Shown here: in pieces, positions 1-11,248 of the stretch | Layout of the letters: the number at the start of each line of letters is the position of its first letter | How positions within the stretch are numbered: the stretch's first letter is position 1 | NCBI RefSeq assembly: GCF_000143415.4 | Contig: NW_003314290.1 | Coordinates: 248,001 to 312,000 of the forward strand | Direction: 5' to 3' | From: Selaginella moellendorffii | Taxonomy: Eukaryota; Plantae; Lycopodiophyta | DNA: 64,000 nucleotides | Notes under the pieces: generated by a model | What the model saw: only the letters and a program-made list of their open reading frames with translations | What the model was told of the DNA's origin: nothing | The model's database searches: none | Made by a program: the position numbers and the translations under genes

Positions 1-227
1 GACTCGGTCTCGGTCTTGGTCTCGGTCTCAGTCCTAGTTCTATCTCGGACTCCATCTCAGACTCCATCTCAGGTCCATCTTGGACTCCATTTTGGGTCCA
101 TCTCGGGTCCATCTCAGACTCCATCTCGGGCTCCATCTCAGGTCCATCTCAGACTCCATCTCTGGCTCCATCTTGGGTCCATCTCAGACTCCATTTTGGG
201 TCCATCTCGGGTCCATCTTGGACTCAG
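1..227. repeat. 11-12 bp minisatellite, unit ~TCCATCTC(A/G)G(G/AC), truncated by window start
   Basis: Many tandem copies of tccatctcagac / tccatctcggg are directly visible. The repeat abuts the integrase remnant. Confidence 0.9.
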
Positions 228-676
228 TACAAAGTGGATGATTTGGTGTTAGTTTGTTTTCCCTATCTTATGGTACGTGGTTTATCTAAAGGGCTCCTTG
301 CACAGTGGAAAAGACCATATCGGGTGTTGCGGCAAGTTGGACCACAAGTTCTGCATAATGTCTAGTGGGTTGATCCTCCGGAGATTGTGCATGTGCAGTG
401 GTTGAACACTTCATACAAAGGGATCAGGAGCAATTAATACCACATATAGATCCATTAATGCCTCTTCCTGACGTTCTTCCAAATCCTATTATTTCGAGAA
501 AAAGGGATGATGTAAGGGCTAAGTGTATGGTTACGATGCCATATACTTATATTAGCATAGTAGGATTTTGGTAGCCGTCGGATTAGTTTTAATCCAGACC
601 ATTCACTCTTATATATAAACTAGGGTTTTTAGGCTAATTGATATGCACATTTTCTATATTCCCTTTCCATATCACA
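228..676 (+). mobile_element. 3' end of a degenerate Ty3/gypsy LTR retrotransposon: integrase C-terminal GPY/F-like region, PPT, short 3' LTR
   Basis: The frame from 228 reads YKVDDLVLVCFPY..LSKGLLAQWKRPYRVLRQVGP..*..VHVQWL, like a gypsy integrase tail with an internal stop. Purine tract gagaaaaagggatga at 496-510 is followed by TGTAAG(511)...ATCACA(676) with an internal TATA-like tract. A homologous LTR lies at 60974-61145. Confidence 0.75.
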
Positions 677-1075
677 CCTCTTAATATTTTAAAGTTTATA
701 ATGTTTATATTAAATTACAATTTAAAATTGGGCTAAACTCCTGAGCTTTTAACTGTGGAATGGCCTGCATTCCTCAAAAGCATATGATCCTCTCTCCTAA
801 AAACAATCTGGCACATTGGGATTTCCAGCACAGATTGCCATTGGCCCCTAGACAGGCTTTTGCATGATGAATTGACAAAGCCGGTGGTGTCACGATTGCT
901 GTGAAGCTCCACCTGCATCGCTGCTGTGCAATAAGGATGATCCCCTAGTTCTGGAGCAGCTCCCTGGCCTCGATAATCCTGAGATCATCTCCAGATTTTA
1001 GGGTTCTTGGTCCCAATGTTATTTATAGTAAGGGTCTAAAGAGCTATTCCACTGTCAAAGCCCTAAAATCAGGAA

Positions 1076-2358
1076 ATGGGTACCGAGGAGAGCTTTGTGA
1101 AGCTCGAGGCGCTCCCTCATGGCGTCTACGTTCTCAAATTTGATGGTGGAGATGGGCAGCACAGGTGATCCATCCAGTTTCTTACATGAGAATGAGAATC
1201 AAAGTGAATTTCAGGTTGAATCCGACCACTATAGCAGAGATTCATTCGGCGCTTGACAAGGTAATCACGAAAGCAATCTCTCTCTCAGTCGCGCAAATTC
1301 ATTCGCACTTCCAGGTTGAGGATGATCCCAAGGCAGCTGCTTTGATCACTACGAATGAGGTAAACAGCGAAAACATCTAGGAGGAAGGAGAAAGATTTTG
1401 ATTGTTTTCTTTCTTTGGACAGGGAAAGTTTTTCTCGAATGGTCTTGACTTGGGATTCGCACAAAGTAGCCCGGGGAATTTTAAGGCTTGTGGGATCAAT
1501 CTTAGTCCTTGAAGTTTCTCTCAACTTGAGTTGTTTTTTCCAGTACCTGGTCGATCTCTTTCTCAATCTCCTCGATCGTTTTCTTTGTTTTCCAATGCCG
1601 ACAATCGCAGCAATCTGGTCAGTTTTTCGTGACAAGCCTGAGAATTCTTTTTTCTCTTTTCTGTTCTTACGTTTTCGAGATCGTTTGTCAGTGGCCATGC
1701 TGCAGCCGGAGGATGCATGCTCGCACTCGCACACGACTACCGGGTGATGCGAATTGACCGTGGCTATATTTTCATGAACGAGGCAAGTTTTCTCTTCCTT
1801 CTACACAACTTTTCTCACGGTTTCACAGGTGGAGATCAATCTCCATATGAGTCCAGGAATGATCTCTCTGATTCGTTGCAAGCTACCAGTCGCCACTTTC
1901 CACAAATCTCTCCTCTCTGCGTAAGTTCCTTCTTTCATTTTCAAGTGAAAGAGAGCTAGAGAGAGCGACGTTGTTTTGTTTTCTTCGCCCAGGCACAAAT
2001 ACACTGGCAAGCCCGCCGAGGAAGCTGGCTTTGTTTACGCCTCCTTTCCAGACGCGCGCTCCACTCAAGAAGAAGCAATACAGAAAGGTACAGAACTCTT
2101 CCAAGCTTTTGCTGCGACTTTGCTACATTCTGTCTCATCGCAGCAACCGAACTGGCGAAGAAGAAGTATAACCGCTCCATTTACAAAGCTATAAAGGTAC
2201 GAATACGATTGAGGGAAGGCTGTCAGCCAGAATTGCGTGTGCGAAAACTTTGTTTTGTTCTTTTGTTGTTGCAGTCTGAGATGTTCAGAGTGGAACTTCG
2301 AGATCTTCGATCCGGGGACCACGGCCCGCCTCCTGGTATCATACTCTCCAAAATTTGA
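1076..2358 (+). CDS. ECI: Peroxisomal delta3,delta2-enoyl-CoA isomerase (crotonase fold, ECI/IBR10-like); 10 coding exons
   Basis: Spliced translation: MGTEESFVKLEALPHGVYVLKFDGGDGQHR|LNPTTIAEIHSALDK|VEDDPKAAALITTNE|GKFFSNGLDL..|..FPMPTIAAIC|GHAAAGGCMLALAHDYRVMRIDRGYIFMNE|.. ending IILSKI* (PTS1-like SKI). Not seen as a single ORF in the track. Confidence 0.9.
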
Positions 2359-2809
2359 GCGGCTGGTACGTGCGAGAATTGATCAAGCTCTATCCTTTAC
2401 GCGTCACTTTGCTTTTGTTTTGTTTGTGTCAGGAAGATGGTGCCAAAGCTTGCCGAAAACCAGAGAAGCACGGCAAAAAAAGAAGAAGAAACAAAGAATT
2501 GTCTTGGATTGAGTGAAAGCTCTTGAATCTCCTTCAGAAGAAAAGAGGTTAACTTTCGAGTTCCAAGCTCGAGTTTAATAACAAAGTATGAAAGTTCGTT
2601 GTGTCCTATGATTCGGCGTGTTCGAGTTCTTTCCTTGCATGGTTCCAAAAACAAATCGAGCTCGAAAATTTTGACTCCACAACAACGTTTCTTCATTCAC
2701 ATTTGGTGTGAGCGGAAAAAAATTTGGGGTCTTTTTCTTATAAACAATGGGATGGAAAAGAATTTTTCAAAGTCAAAACTTTGGTATGACAAAAAATAAA
2801 AACCAGGCA

Positions 2810-5039
2810 TCAGGACGCCGCCGGATTCACCTTTCTCGACGATCTAGACCGTCCAATCCGCGTCGCCGGCGGCGTCTTGGCCGCCGCCGCCGCTGTACTG
2901 GCCCCAAAAGTCTGCGAAAGGTGTACCATCTCGGCCATGGACGACGTCACGTAGCTCTGGCCGTACAGGTCGTCGTCGTTTGGGCCCTGGCGCATCGTCG
3001 CCCGCTGGTGCAAGTGAGAGCTGTGTACGGACAGCGTATATGCCCTCCCCGACTCCTCGTAGATCCTCCGATTCTCCATCCTGTGGAGCACTTCTCCCAG
3101 CTCCGAGTGGAGGGACTTTGACAGCGCGTCGCCGCTCGCAAACGCAAACGATCGCTCAATGCGGCTTCGCGACGCCGAGATCGCGTCCTGGGCGGCCTCC
3201 AGATTGCCCGCGTCCGCGAGATTCCCAGCGCTGGCCATCGTTTCCGAGACGAGCAGACGGTTTCTCTGGCGATCCACCTCCAGGCTCGCGGTTTGAGACG
3301 AGTTCTGCACGATCGCAGGCCTCCGGACTGATATGGACGTTGATCCGGCCTCCGCGACCTCGCCCGGCTCCAATGCATCCCTGTAGCGGCACCCAATCCG
3401 GAAGATCTCGATCGACTCCGCCTCGGCGCAGGCGCCCAGCTCGATCTGGACCAAGACGTCGCGCTCCTCCTCGGCGTAGAGATCGCCCAGCGTCACCAGC
3501 GCGCTGGAGCCATCGCCCGATACCCAGCTCTCAAATCCCCCATTCTCCACCTTTAAGATCTTCACCCATGCCGCCGCGGCATGCAGCCAGACCTCCACGC
3601 CCTGCGACACGACGCTGAGAAGCCCGCCGATGCACTGCGCGAAGGCGTCGCGTACCGCCGCGGCCGCGTGGACGAACGAGAAGGTGCCACCTGTTGCCTC
3701 GGCGATGGCGTGGAGCGTCGGGGCGTCGTGGTCGGAGCCCACCCCGAATGCGTGGACGGGCGGCATGTGGCGGTATACCGCCGAGAGCGACTGCCGCAAC
3801 AGGTTAGATGAGAAAAATGCTGACGTGTCCTGCCCGTCCGAGAGGAGGATGACGCTGGATACCGCGTTGCGGTGCCGCCGGTCGCCCAGCACCTTGCCCG
3901 CCTTCTTGAGCGCGTCGCCGATGTTGGTACCGCCGGATGCCACCAGCGCATGAACGGCGCGTACCGCGCGGCGCTTGTTGGTGTCGTCCATTCGCTTGAG
4001 AGGGAAGAGCCGAGCGGCGTTGGTGGCGAAGGAGATCACGCTCAGCCGATCACGCGGCCCCAGCTGCCCGATGACGAATTCCATGGCCGATTTCACCAGC
4101 GCGAGCTTGGATCCCGCCATGGAGCCGCTCACATCGAGCACCGTGACGAGATCGATGGGAGCTCGAGCGCTCCCGGTAGCGCTGCCGCCGCCGCCGCTGC
4201 TCGATGCCTTGAGATTGACGAGCACTGTGAAGGGATTCCTGGATTGATCCGCCTGGACGGAGCCACACTCGGTGAATGCCGCGATCTTGGGCGCTCGCGA
4301 TGGCGGTGCTTGGTGCTGGAAATCCTGGGACGATATATCCCTTGGATCGACGGAGACGTTGTGGATGCTGCTGCCACATTCCTCATCGTCGTCATAGACC
4401 GCGGGATCCGATCGATTGTCCGCGCGGCTGGCGCTGATCATCCGGCCGTAGCGCGCGCGCTCGCGCTGGATGGACTCGTTGAGGATTCGCAGCACTGGAT
4501 CGACGTGGTAATTCCCGTGGGAGACGAATGGCTGGGAGTGATGAGATCGCAGCTCTGGCGGGGATTCTTTGACCTGCTGCCAGGGAAGATCGATCCATTT
4601 GGCCCGGCACACGGGGCAGACGCGATTGCCATGCCGGACATTCGATGCGATGCACGAGAAGTGGAACATGTGGGAGCACTCGGCTGTGAACAAGGCGTGG
4701 CCGGCCCCGGGCGCCATTTGATCGAGGCAGATGGAGCACATACCCTGGAAATATCACCAAGAACATCAATAAACTTTCGATCGGATCGAGATTTCGATCG
4801 CATCGATATCGATCGACGCGCGATCATACCTCGCGCATGCTCCTCCTCCCGGTGCTCTTGCTCCTCCTCCCGCTCGCTGACCTGGCCCCGGATTCTTGGA
4901 GCGGCCGATCCAGCGCCATCAAATCCTGGAGGCTGGGAAGCGCCGCCGCCGCAATCTCATCGCCGCGCCGATCGCCGCCCGACGTGATGCACAGATTGGA
5001 CGCCAGCATCGCCCTGGCCGACTTCCATCCCTTTCCCAT
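2810..5039 (-). CDS. RING-H2 + von Willebrand factor A domain E3 ligase (WAV3/EDA40-like); 2 exons (5039-4830, 4744-2810)
   Basis: CSICL...ECSHMFHFSCI...CPVCR RING motif; DLVTVLDVSGSM MIDAS; GGTNI and ILLSDGQD vWA motifs. A phase-0 GT-AG intron at 4745-4829 joins the MGKGWK N-terminal exon. Confidence 0.93.
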
Positions 5040-6366
5040 CTAAAGAATCGCTAGAAAGAATTGCGCCGCTAGCTAGATCTCCAGCTCCTGGGGCACCGCT
5101 TGTTCGCGACTTTATACCTAGCGCTAGAATGGATCTCTATCTATCCCGCGCTGCGTGGGTGGCTCTCGCTCAGCAGCCTACAATCTTGAAATTCAAACAA
5201 ACCGACACGCATAAATTTCTTTTGTGAGCCAGTCAAACTAGGAGACACACGTCAGCACTCCCTCGCTTATCGGATGGACAGACACGTGGCCCCCGCATAC
5301 CCGTCAGCAGGACCCCTGCCCGTCGGATGGACGGTGATCGCCAACACACACAAACATCGTGTCCAAACTATAGGAAACGAAGAAACTCGGTGTTTTCCCC
5401 TTGGCGCGGCGATGGAGATCGTCAAAATAGAAGTGCTGCCTGGATGCTTTCGCGCAAACTTTTGCCTCTTTTCGTCTCTCTTTTGTTTCGATCCCACTGT
5501 TTGATCCAATGCTGGAAACAGTGGAGCAACGCGCAAGGAAGCGAGAGACTAAGGACTAGATCTCGGTTGGCAGCCGGGTTTTTTAAGCTTGCGCGAGTTC
5601 TCATTTGTGGAGCTCCACTGTTTGATATCGCGTACTGTAGACGTGAAGTGAGCTACACTCAAAGAAGAAAACCCACAGTTTTTTATTGTACCTCACTCTC
5701 GCTCTCCAATCGGTTGCTTGTCAACGCAAGCGTGCCTGTGTTCCTGCCACAATAATTTTATCCTTTGCTTCTTTGGTTTTGCTGCGAGTCCAAGTTACAA
5801 CTTAACAGCACCGAAACATGCAAATGGCCCACCTGGTTTGAAAGGCAGGACGTTGACAAAAAGTGGAGGAGCCGAGCTTACCTGACAAAAAAAAAACCAA
5901 CAAAAGAAACTCGGGATCAGATCAAATCTACTTGCCAGCAACTTGCAAAGGTCGACTCTTCGATGTTTCCCAAAGTCACGTTCGAAAAAAGATAGATTTG
6001 AGCTAGAACCAGAGCGACAAGACGAGTGGATTACCTGGATCGCAGAAAGCGAGAGAGAGAGAGACGAGGAAAGAAACAAAAAGAAGCTTGAGTAGTTTAA
6101 GATCTAGACACTTACATGCACGAATCCTTCGTGTTTAGAGATTAACATTACAGTTTTGCGACTAAAGGTCTGTCAAACCAATCATCGGAGAGCCTGAACA
6201 CACACAAAACAGTCATCCTGTTAGTAAACAAATGCCAAATCGCAATGAGATATTTCTATCTCGAAGCAAACAGACGAAAGAGTTTAAATGCGTGACACCC
6301 ACCTGGTTGACTCTCTTGCCGATTGGTTTTTTCTGATGGTGAGGATGATCTCTTTCCAAACGGCCT

Positions 6367-7336
6367 TTAGTCGAATCCAGAGTAAACGCCACGGTCGCGC
6401 AGCAAGCGTTTCTCTTCCTCAACGTAGCTCTTCCCCCTGCTCGCCTGACCGAGGTCTCTCTTTCGTTTTTCCTTCTTGGAGAAAGTTTGAGCCCGTTGCT
6501 CCGCTGCAGCGTCCCTGCGTTGCTTCTTTGCGAATTGGTACTCGTTGAAAGTATTTTCAGCGAACTGCGGAAACAAAACGAAGGTATCGTATCAAGCGTG
6601 AGAAAATGGAAAAAAGTTGACCAAGAAAAAGAAAGAAAACTTCACTTGAAAGAGACAATGGAAAGAGAAACGAACCTTTTCGGCGCCAGTGTTGACAATC
6701 TCTCGAGTTCGCTCTCGCTCATCAATATTTTCGACCTCTTCGGCTTGCCTCTCTTCGTCGGTCTTTTGCTTCCCACCAGACCACGACCAATTGCTCTCAA
6801 AGTTGGCATTGCGATTCGGAGCTGGAACATTTAAAACTGATGGCCCACTGGAGTACCCGTGTTTTGCCAAGTCCGCGAAGCTCAAGTCTCCTTTCTTTGA
6901 AGCCTTTTTTCGCTCTGGAACATGAAAAATTTAGCGTTGTGAGACAGTTCATCGCGACTAGCAAACAGGCAAAGAATTCATGACACTTCGAATCGGGAAT
7001 GAGGAACTATTTAGCTGCCTTGGCAACCAAGAATTGTCGACAATGTCTAAACCCATGACACTTACGTGGAATCGCCGCTGGAGCTTATGTTTCCAAGAAA
7101 AAAGAAAGAAAAGGGAATGAATGCAGAACTATCTAGCTGCTTTCGTGCATTTCGCGAAGTTCATCGCAACTACCAAACAACGCAAAGAATAGCAAAATGT
7201 CGACTAAGTGACACTTACTTGGAATCGCCGCTGGAGCTGGAGACTCTACCGGCGCCTTCGATTCCTGCTCTGAATCCGACGAGGAGAGGCCGAGACCGCT
7301 GCTGGAGCTCGCGCTGTCATCCTCGCCTTCCGCCAT
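6367..7336 (-). CDS. Conserved plant protein of unknown function; exons 7336-7219, 6914-6676, 6564-6367
   Basis: Phase-compatible GT-AG splicing gives MAEGEDDSASSSS...AAIPKRKKASKKGDLSFADLAKHGYSSGPSVL...KEKRKRDLGQASRGKSYVEEEKRLLRDRGVYSGFD*. The C-terminus resembles a conserved uncharacterised plant family (from memory). Confidence 0.8.
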
Positions 7337-7376
7337 TTTCCCCTTCGAAGATTTAGGGTTCTTGGAAGGACCCTAA

Positions 7377-9656
7377 ATGCGACACAATAGAACCGATTTG
7401 CTTAAATCCATCCAATCTTGCCGGTCTCTGTCCGCAGCGCTAGAAATCCACCATCGCATCCTCCCTCTGCCCACCAGCGACGCCTTCCTCTGCAACAATC
7501 TCATCGAGATGTATGGGAGATTGGGCAGCTCCGAAAGCGCGCGCGAGATCTTCGACGCGATGGGATCCAGCAGGAATTCCTTCTCATGGTCGCTGATGAT
7601 GAATGCCTACGCCAGGAATTCCTTGCTGCGCGAGGCTAGGCGTGTTTTCGATGAGATGCCTGAGAGAGATCGAAACCTAGTGTGCTGGAACGCACTACTC
7701 GCGGCATATGCCCAAACGGGGCACTTTGAGGACGCAGAGGATCTCTTCGATCAAATGCCCGGGAGGGATTTGGTATCATGGAACACAATGTTAAATGCGT
7801 TTGTCACAACCAGAGATCTGGGTCAAACGGCAAAACTCTTTGAAAGTATTCCAGAGCCAAACCTGATTTCATGGACTTCCATGATCACAGCAAATGCCCA
7901 AAGCGGGCATCTGGATGAATCAAGAAAAATGTTCAATGACATGCCCCAGAGAGATATTGTGTCGTGGAACGCAATGGTGGCAGCATTTACGCAGTATGGG
8001 AGTTTTGAGGAGGGTAAATTGGTGTTTCATGGCATGCCCGAGAGGGATCTTGCGACGTGGAATGTCATGCTAACTGCGTATGCCCAAGCAGGGCAAATGG
8101 AGACTGCAGAGACTATGTTCGAGGAAATGCCACGCCAGGACCTGGGCTCTTGGAACGCGATGCTTACAGGGTATGCCTATAGCGGGAGTACCAGGAAAGC
8201 AAAGGATTGCTTTGATCGCATGCCCCAGTGGAATATAATCTCCTGGAATTGTATGATTTCTTCCTATACTCATGTAGATCAGGCAAAGATACTGTTTGAT
8301 CAAATGCCGCAAAGAGATGTGGTGTCCTTCAACGTGATACTTGCTATGTATTTTGAACATGCTCGACTTGAGGAAGCGATAGGAGTCTTTGATGCCATGC
8401 CTGAAAGGAATCTGGTGACTTGGAACTCTCTATTATCAGGATATGCCCAAAGTGGGCATCTTGGGTTTGCCAAGCAAACCTTTGAGGAAATGGTACACAA
8501 GGATCTGGTGTCCTGGAACGCGATGCTTTCGGCATATTCTCAAAACGGGCATCTGGAAGATGCGCAGGCACTCTTTAAAGAGATGCCAAAGAGGGACGTG
8601 GTGTCCTGGAATATACTGCTCGTGTCTTATGCCCAAGCGGGTCATATTGAGGAATCCAAACAGCTGTTTGACGCAATGCCAAAAAGAAACCTTGTATCCT
8701 GGAATGCACTTCTTTCGGTCTACGCACAGAACGGGCATGTTGAAGAGGCCAAACATGTTTTTCACATTATGCCACAGAAAGACTTGGTATCGCTCACATC
8801 TATTCTTCCTGCTTATGCCCAAACTGGGCATCTAGAAGATGCTAAAGCTTTGTTTGATCAAATGCCGGAGAGGGATGTGGTGTTGTGGACCGCGATGCTG
8901 GATGCCTATGGCCAGAACGGAAATCTTGAGCTTGCCAAAGGAATTTTTGATGACATGCCTTGCCAAAATTTGATATCTTGGAATGCAATGTTGGTGGCTT
9001 ATGCGCAAAGCGGGTATCTGGAAGAGGCTAAGCATTTCTTTGACGTCCTGCCACAGAGGAGCATTGTGTCTTGGAACACAATGCTATTGACATATACCCT
9101 ATCAGGTCATATCCTGGCAGCAAGGAAGACGTTTGATCAGATGGGGGAGAGAGATACCATCACTTGGAACACCATCCTTTCAGTTTATGCTCAGAGTGGA
9201 ACACAGCATGTCGAGGCCTTTTATCTCTTCACTAGGATGAAGCTTCTTGATTCTTGCGACGGAGCTTCATTTGCCTTAGCTCTCATTTCTTGTAGCTACA
9301 TTGGCAATGTTTCCAAGGGCAGGGAACTGTTTGTGTCCATGGCTACCGACTTTGGAATCAAACCCTCAAAGCAACACTTTTGCTGCATGGTTGACGTATT
9401 TGCCCGGTCGGGGCATCTGCTGAAAGCCGAGGAACTCCTTCTAAACATGCCGTTTGTGCCGGATGCCGTCGAGTGGAGATGCTTGCTCGGAGCTTCTCGG
9501 AGCCACAACCGGGTCAGAGATGGCGCTCGAGCCGCAAGCTTTGTGTTCGATCTAGATCCCAAAGACACGGCAGGGTATATGCTCTTGGCAAACATGTATC
9601 AACAGAATGTTATAAATACAAACAATCCAATCGTATTGTCAGGCAAAGATTGTTAG
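7377..9656 (+). CDS. PLS-class PPR protein with ~18 tandem short (31-aa S/SS-type) motifs and a C-terminal E domain, no DYW; intronless
   Basis: Repeats of DxMPxRDxVSWNAMLxAYAQxGHLEEAKxLF; HFCCMVDVFARSGHL..PDAVEWRCLLGA..YMLLANMY marks the S2/E region. Confidence 0.95.
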   Translation: MRHNRTDLLKSIQSCRSLSAALEIHHRILPLPTSDAFLCNNLIEMYGRLGSSESAREIFDAMGSSRNSFSWSLMMNAYARNSLLREARRVFDEMPERDRNLVCWNALLAAYAQTGHFEDAEDLFDQMPGRDLVSWNTMLNAFVTTRDLGQTAKLFESIPEPNLISWTSMITANAQSGHLDESRKMFNDMPQRDIVSWNAMVAAFTQYGSFEEGKLVFHGMPERDLATWNVMLTAYAQAGQMETAETMFEEMPRQDLGSWNAMLTGYAYSGSTRKAKDCFDRMPQWNIISWNCMISSYTHVDQAKILFDQMPQRDVVSFNVILAMYFEHARLEEAIGVFDAMPERNLVTWNSLLSGYAQSGHLGFAKQTFEEMVHKDLVSWNAMLSAYSQNGHLEDAQALFKEMPKRDVVSWNILLVSYAQAGHIEESKQLFDAMPKRNLVSWNALLSVYAQNGHVEEAKHVFHIMPQKDLVSLTSILPAYAQTGHLEDAKALFDQMPERDVVLWTAMLDAYGQNGNLELAKGIFDDMPCQNLISWNAMLVAYAQSGYLEEAKHFFDVLPQRSIVSWNTMLLTYTLSGHILAARKTFDQMGERDTITWNTILSVYAQSGTQHVEAFYLFTRMKLLDSCDGASFALALISCSYIGNVSKGRELFVSMATDFGIKPSKQHFCCMVDVFARSGHLLKAEELLLNMPFVPDAVEWRCLLGASRSHNRVRDGARAASFVFDLDPKDTAGYMLLANMYQQNVINTNNPIVLSGKDC

Positions 9657-9800
9657 CATTTGGAAACAAAAATTAATGATCATGTGATTGATATATTACA
9701 TCCTTTGGGGCAACTAAAAGGATTTGATTCTGTTAAAATACTATTCTTTGTGTATGTGCGCCATGTGTAAATCTTTTCACAAGCTTTGTCTTTGTTTGCC

Positions 9801-9868
9801 TTAGGAGTCAATGGGACGTGCCAACGAAGAGATTCAACACGCGGGTTCGATTCCCTCCCCCACATGCA
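9801..9868 (+). pseudogene. Possible degenerate tRNA(Gly)-derived sequence or SINE head
   Basis: B-box/T-arm cgggttcgattccc at 9842-9855, an upstream tgcca(a)cg resembling a Gly GCC anticodon loop, and terminal tgca. No intact cloverleaf. Confidence 0.3.
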
Positions 9869-10333
9869 CAAGCGATGAATATTCCTCCCTTGGTTTGTAG
9901 ACGATGTTTTGGATCGCGAGGCCCGCAGCGTGGAAGCATCTCAGGTGCCACCGACAGCTAGGCGCGCGATTGAATCTAGCGGCTTATTTTAAAAAAGATT
10001 CTGGGATATTCCGGTGGGGGGAATCCGACGGTGGCGACGGTGTGAAGCCTACGTGGACAGATGCGATGGCTGCCATGCCCTTAAGATCAAAACGGACGGC
10101 CGGGATCTTTGGTGTGTAGGTGTGAACGTCCCAGAACCCCTGCGTTGCGAGAGGCGAGTCTTTGGCGCAAGGGTTTTTGCCCGAAGATCGGAGGCGCCGC
10201 GCGCGAGGAAATCTTCGTCTGGTGAGTCCTAGGCCTCCGCGCTGCGAATGTAGCGCCGCTCCTTTTCTTGCTTCCCCGATCTCTCGATCTTGCCGTGACG
10301 CGCGATCTTTGCTCGGTGTAGGGTTTTGGAGGT

Positions 10334-11248
10334 ATGGCGCCAGCGTCGGACGATACTATCCAGCTGCCGGCATCGACATCGGCGGATTCGTCGTCGCGTC
10401 GGCTCTTTGCCAGGGAAAAGAGCGTTCACGAGCTTCTTGGCGGCGGATTATGTGAGTTTTGTGCATGTTTGGGCTTCTTCCCTTAAAAAATTCTCCTTTT
10501 CCTTTGCAGTGGGCGATGTTTTGCTATGGAGGAAGAAGCATCTCTCCGCGTCGGTTTTGGGGATTGCCACGCTCATCTACGTCCTGTTTGAGTGGTGTGG
10601 CTACACTGTGCTCTCGGTGTTTTGCAACACCTTTCTGCTGATTACCATCGTCCTTTTTGTTTGGTCCCTTGGGGCCAGCTTCACGAACAGGTAACTCGCA
10701 GCGTAGTTCCTTTCTTCAATGGTTTCATGTTTTCTTTTCTATTTTGCAGACCTCCCCCTCGTATTCCTGAGTTACAGCTCTCGGAGAAAACTGTCCAGGA
10801 TGTTGCACACACGGTGCAATTACAGTTCAATAACGCTGTGGGAGCTTTTCGTTCAATCGTCCTCGAGAGAAATTACGTGCTCTTTCTCAAGGTGGAGTTT
10901 TTTTTTTCTCTCTTTTCTTTGCGACTTCTTAGCATCAGTCCTTTTGTTTAGGCTGCTGCCGGTCTTTGGCTACTTTCCACCGTTGGCTCGTGGACTAGTC
11001 TCCTGACTCTTCTTTATATCGGTACGTGTCACGAGAAACTTCTGTTTGAGCAGCCGCCTTAAATGCCTCTCGGCTTCTCAGGTGTGATCGTTGCGCATAT
11101 CATTCCGTTCGTGTATGACAAGTACGAGGACAAGATCGAGCACTACATGAAGGTGGCCGTGAGCGAGGGAAAGAAGCAGTACAGCAAAGTAGACGAAATG
11201 GTGGTGAAGAAGATCCCGAGAGCGGCGAAAGAGAAGAAGTCCGAGTAG
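10334..11248 (+). CDS. Reticulon-like protein (RTNLB); 5 exons
   Basis: RLFAREKSVHELLGGG|..DVLLWRKKHLSASVL.., two long hydrophobic segments, C-terminal ..KKIPRAAKEKKSE with a KKxx ER-retrieval motif. Confidence 0.93.

Noticed and set aside
1-227. CRISPR-like array
   Set aside because: Eukaryotic context, no unique spacers, no cas genes; it is a simple minisatellite.
3872-4987. 371-aa plus-strand ORF and other long ORFs overlapping GC-rich genes (e.g. 13980-14951, 50560-51195)
   Set aside because: Antisense or alternative-frame shadows of real GC-rich CDSs, with no motifs.
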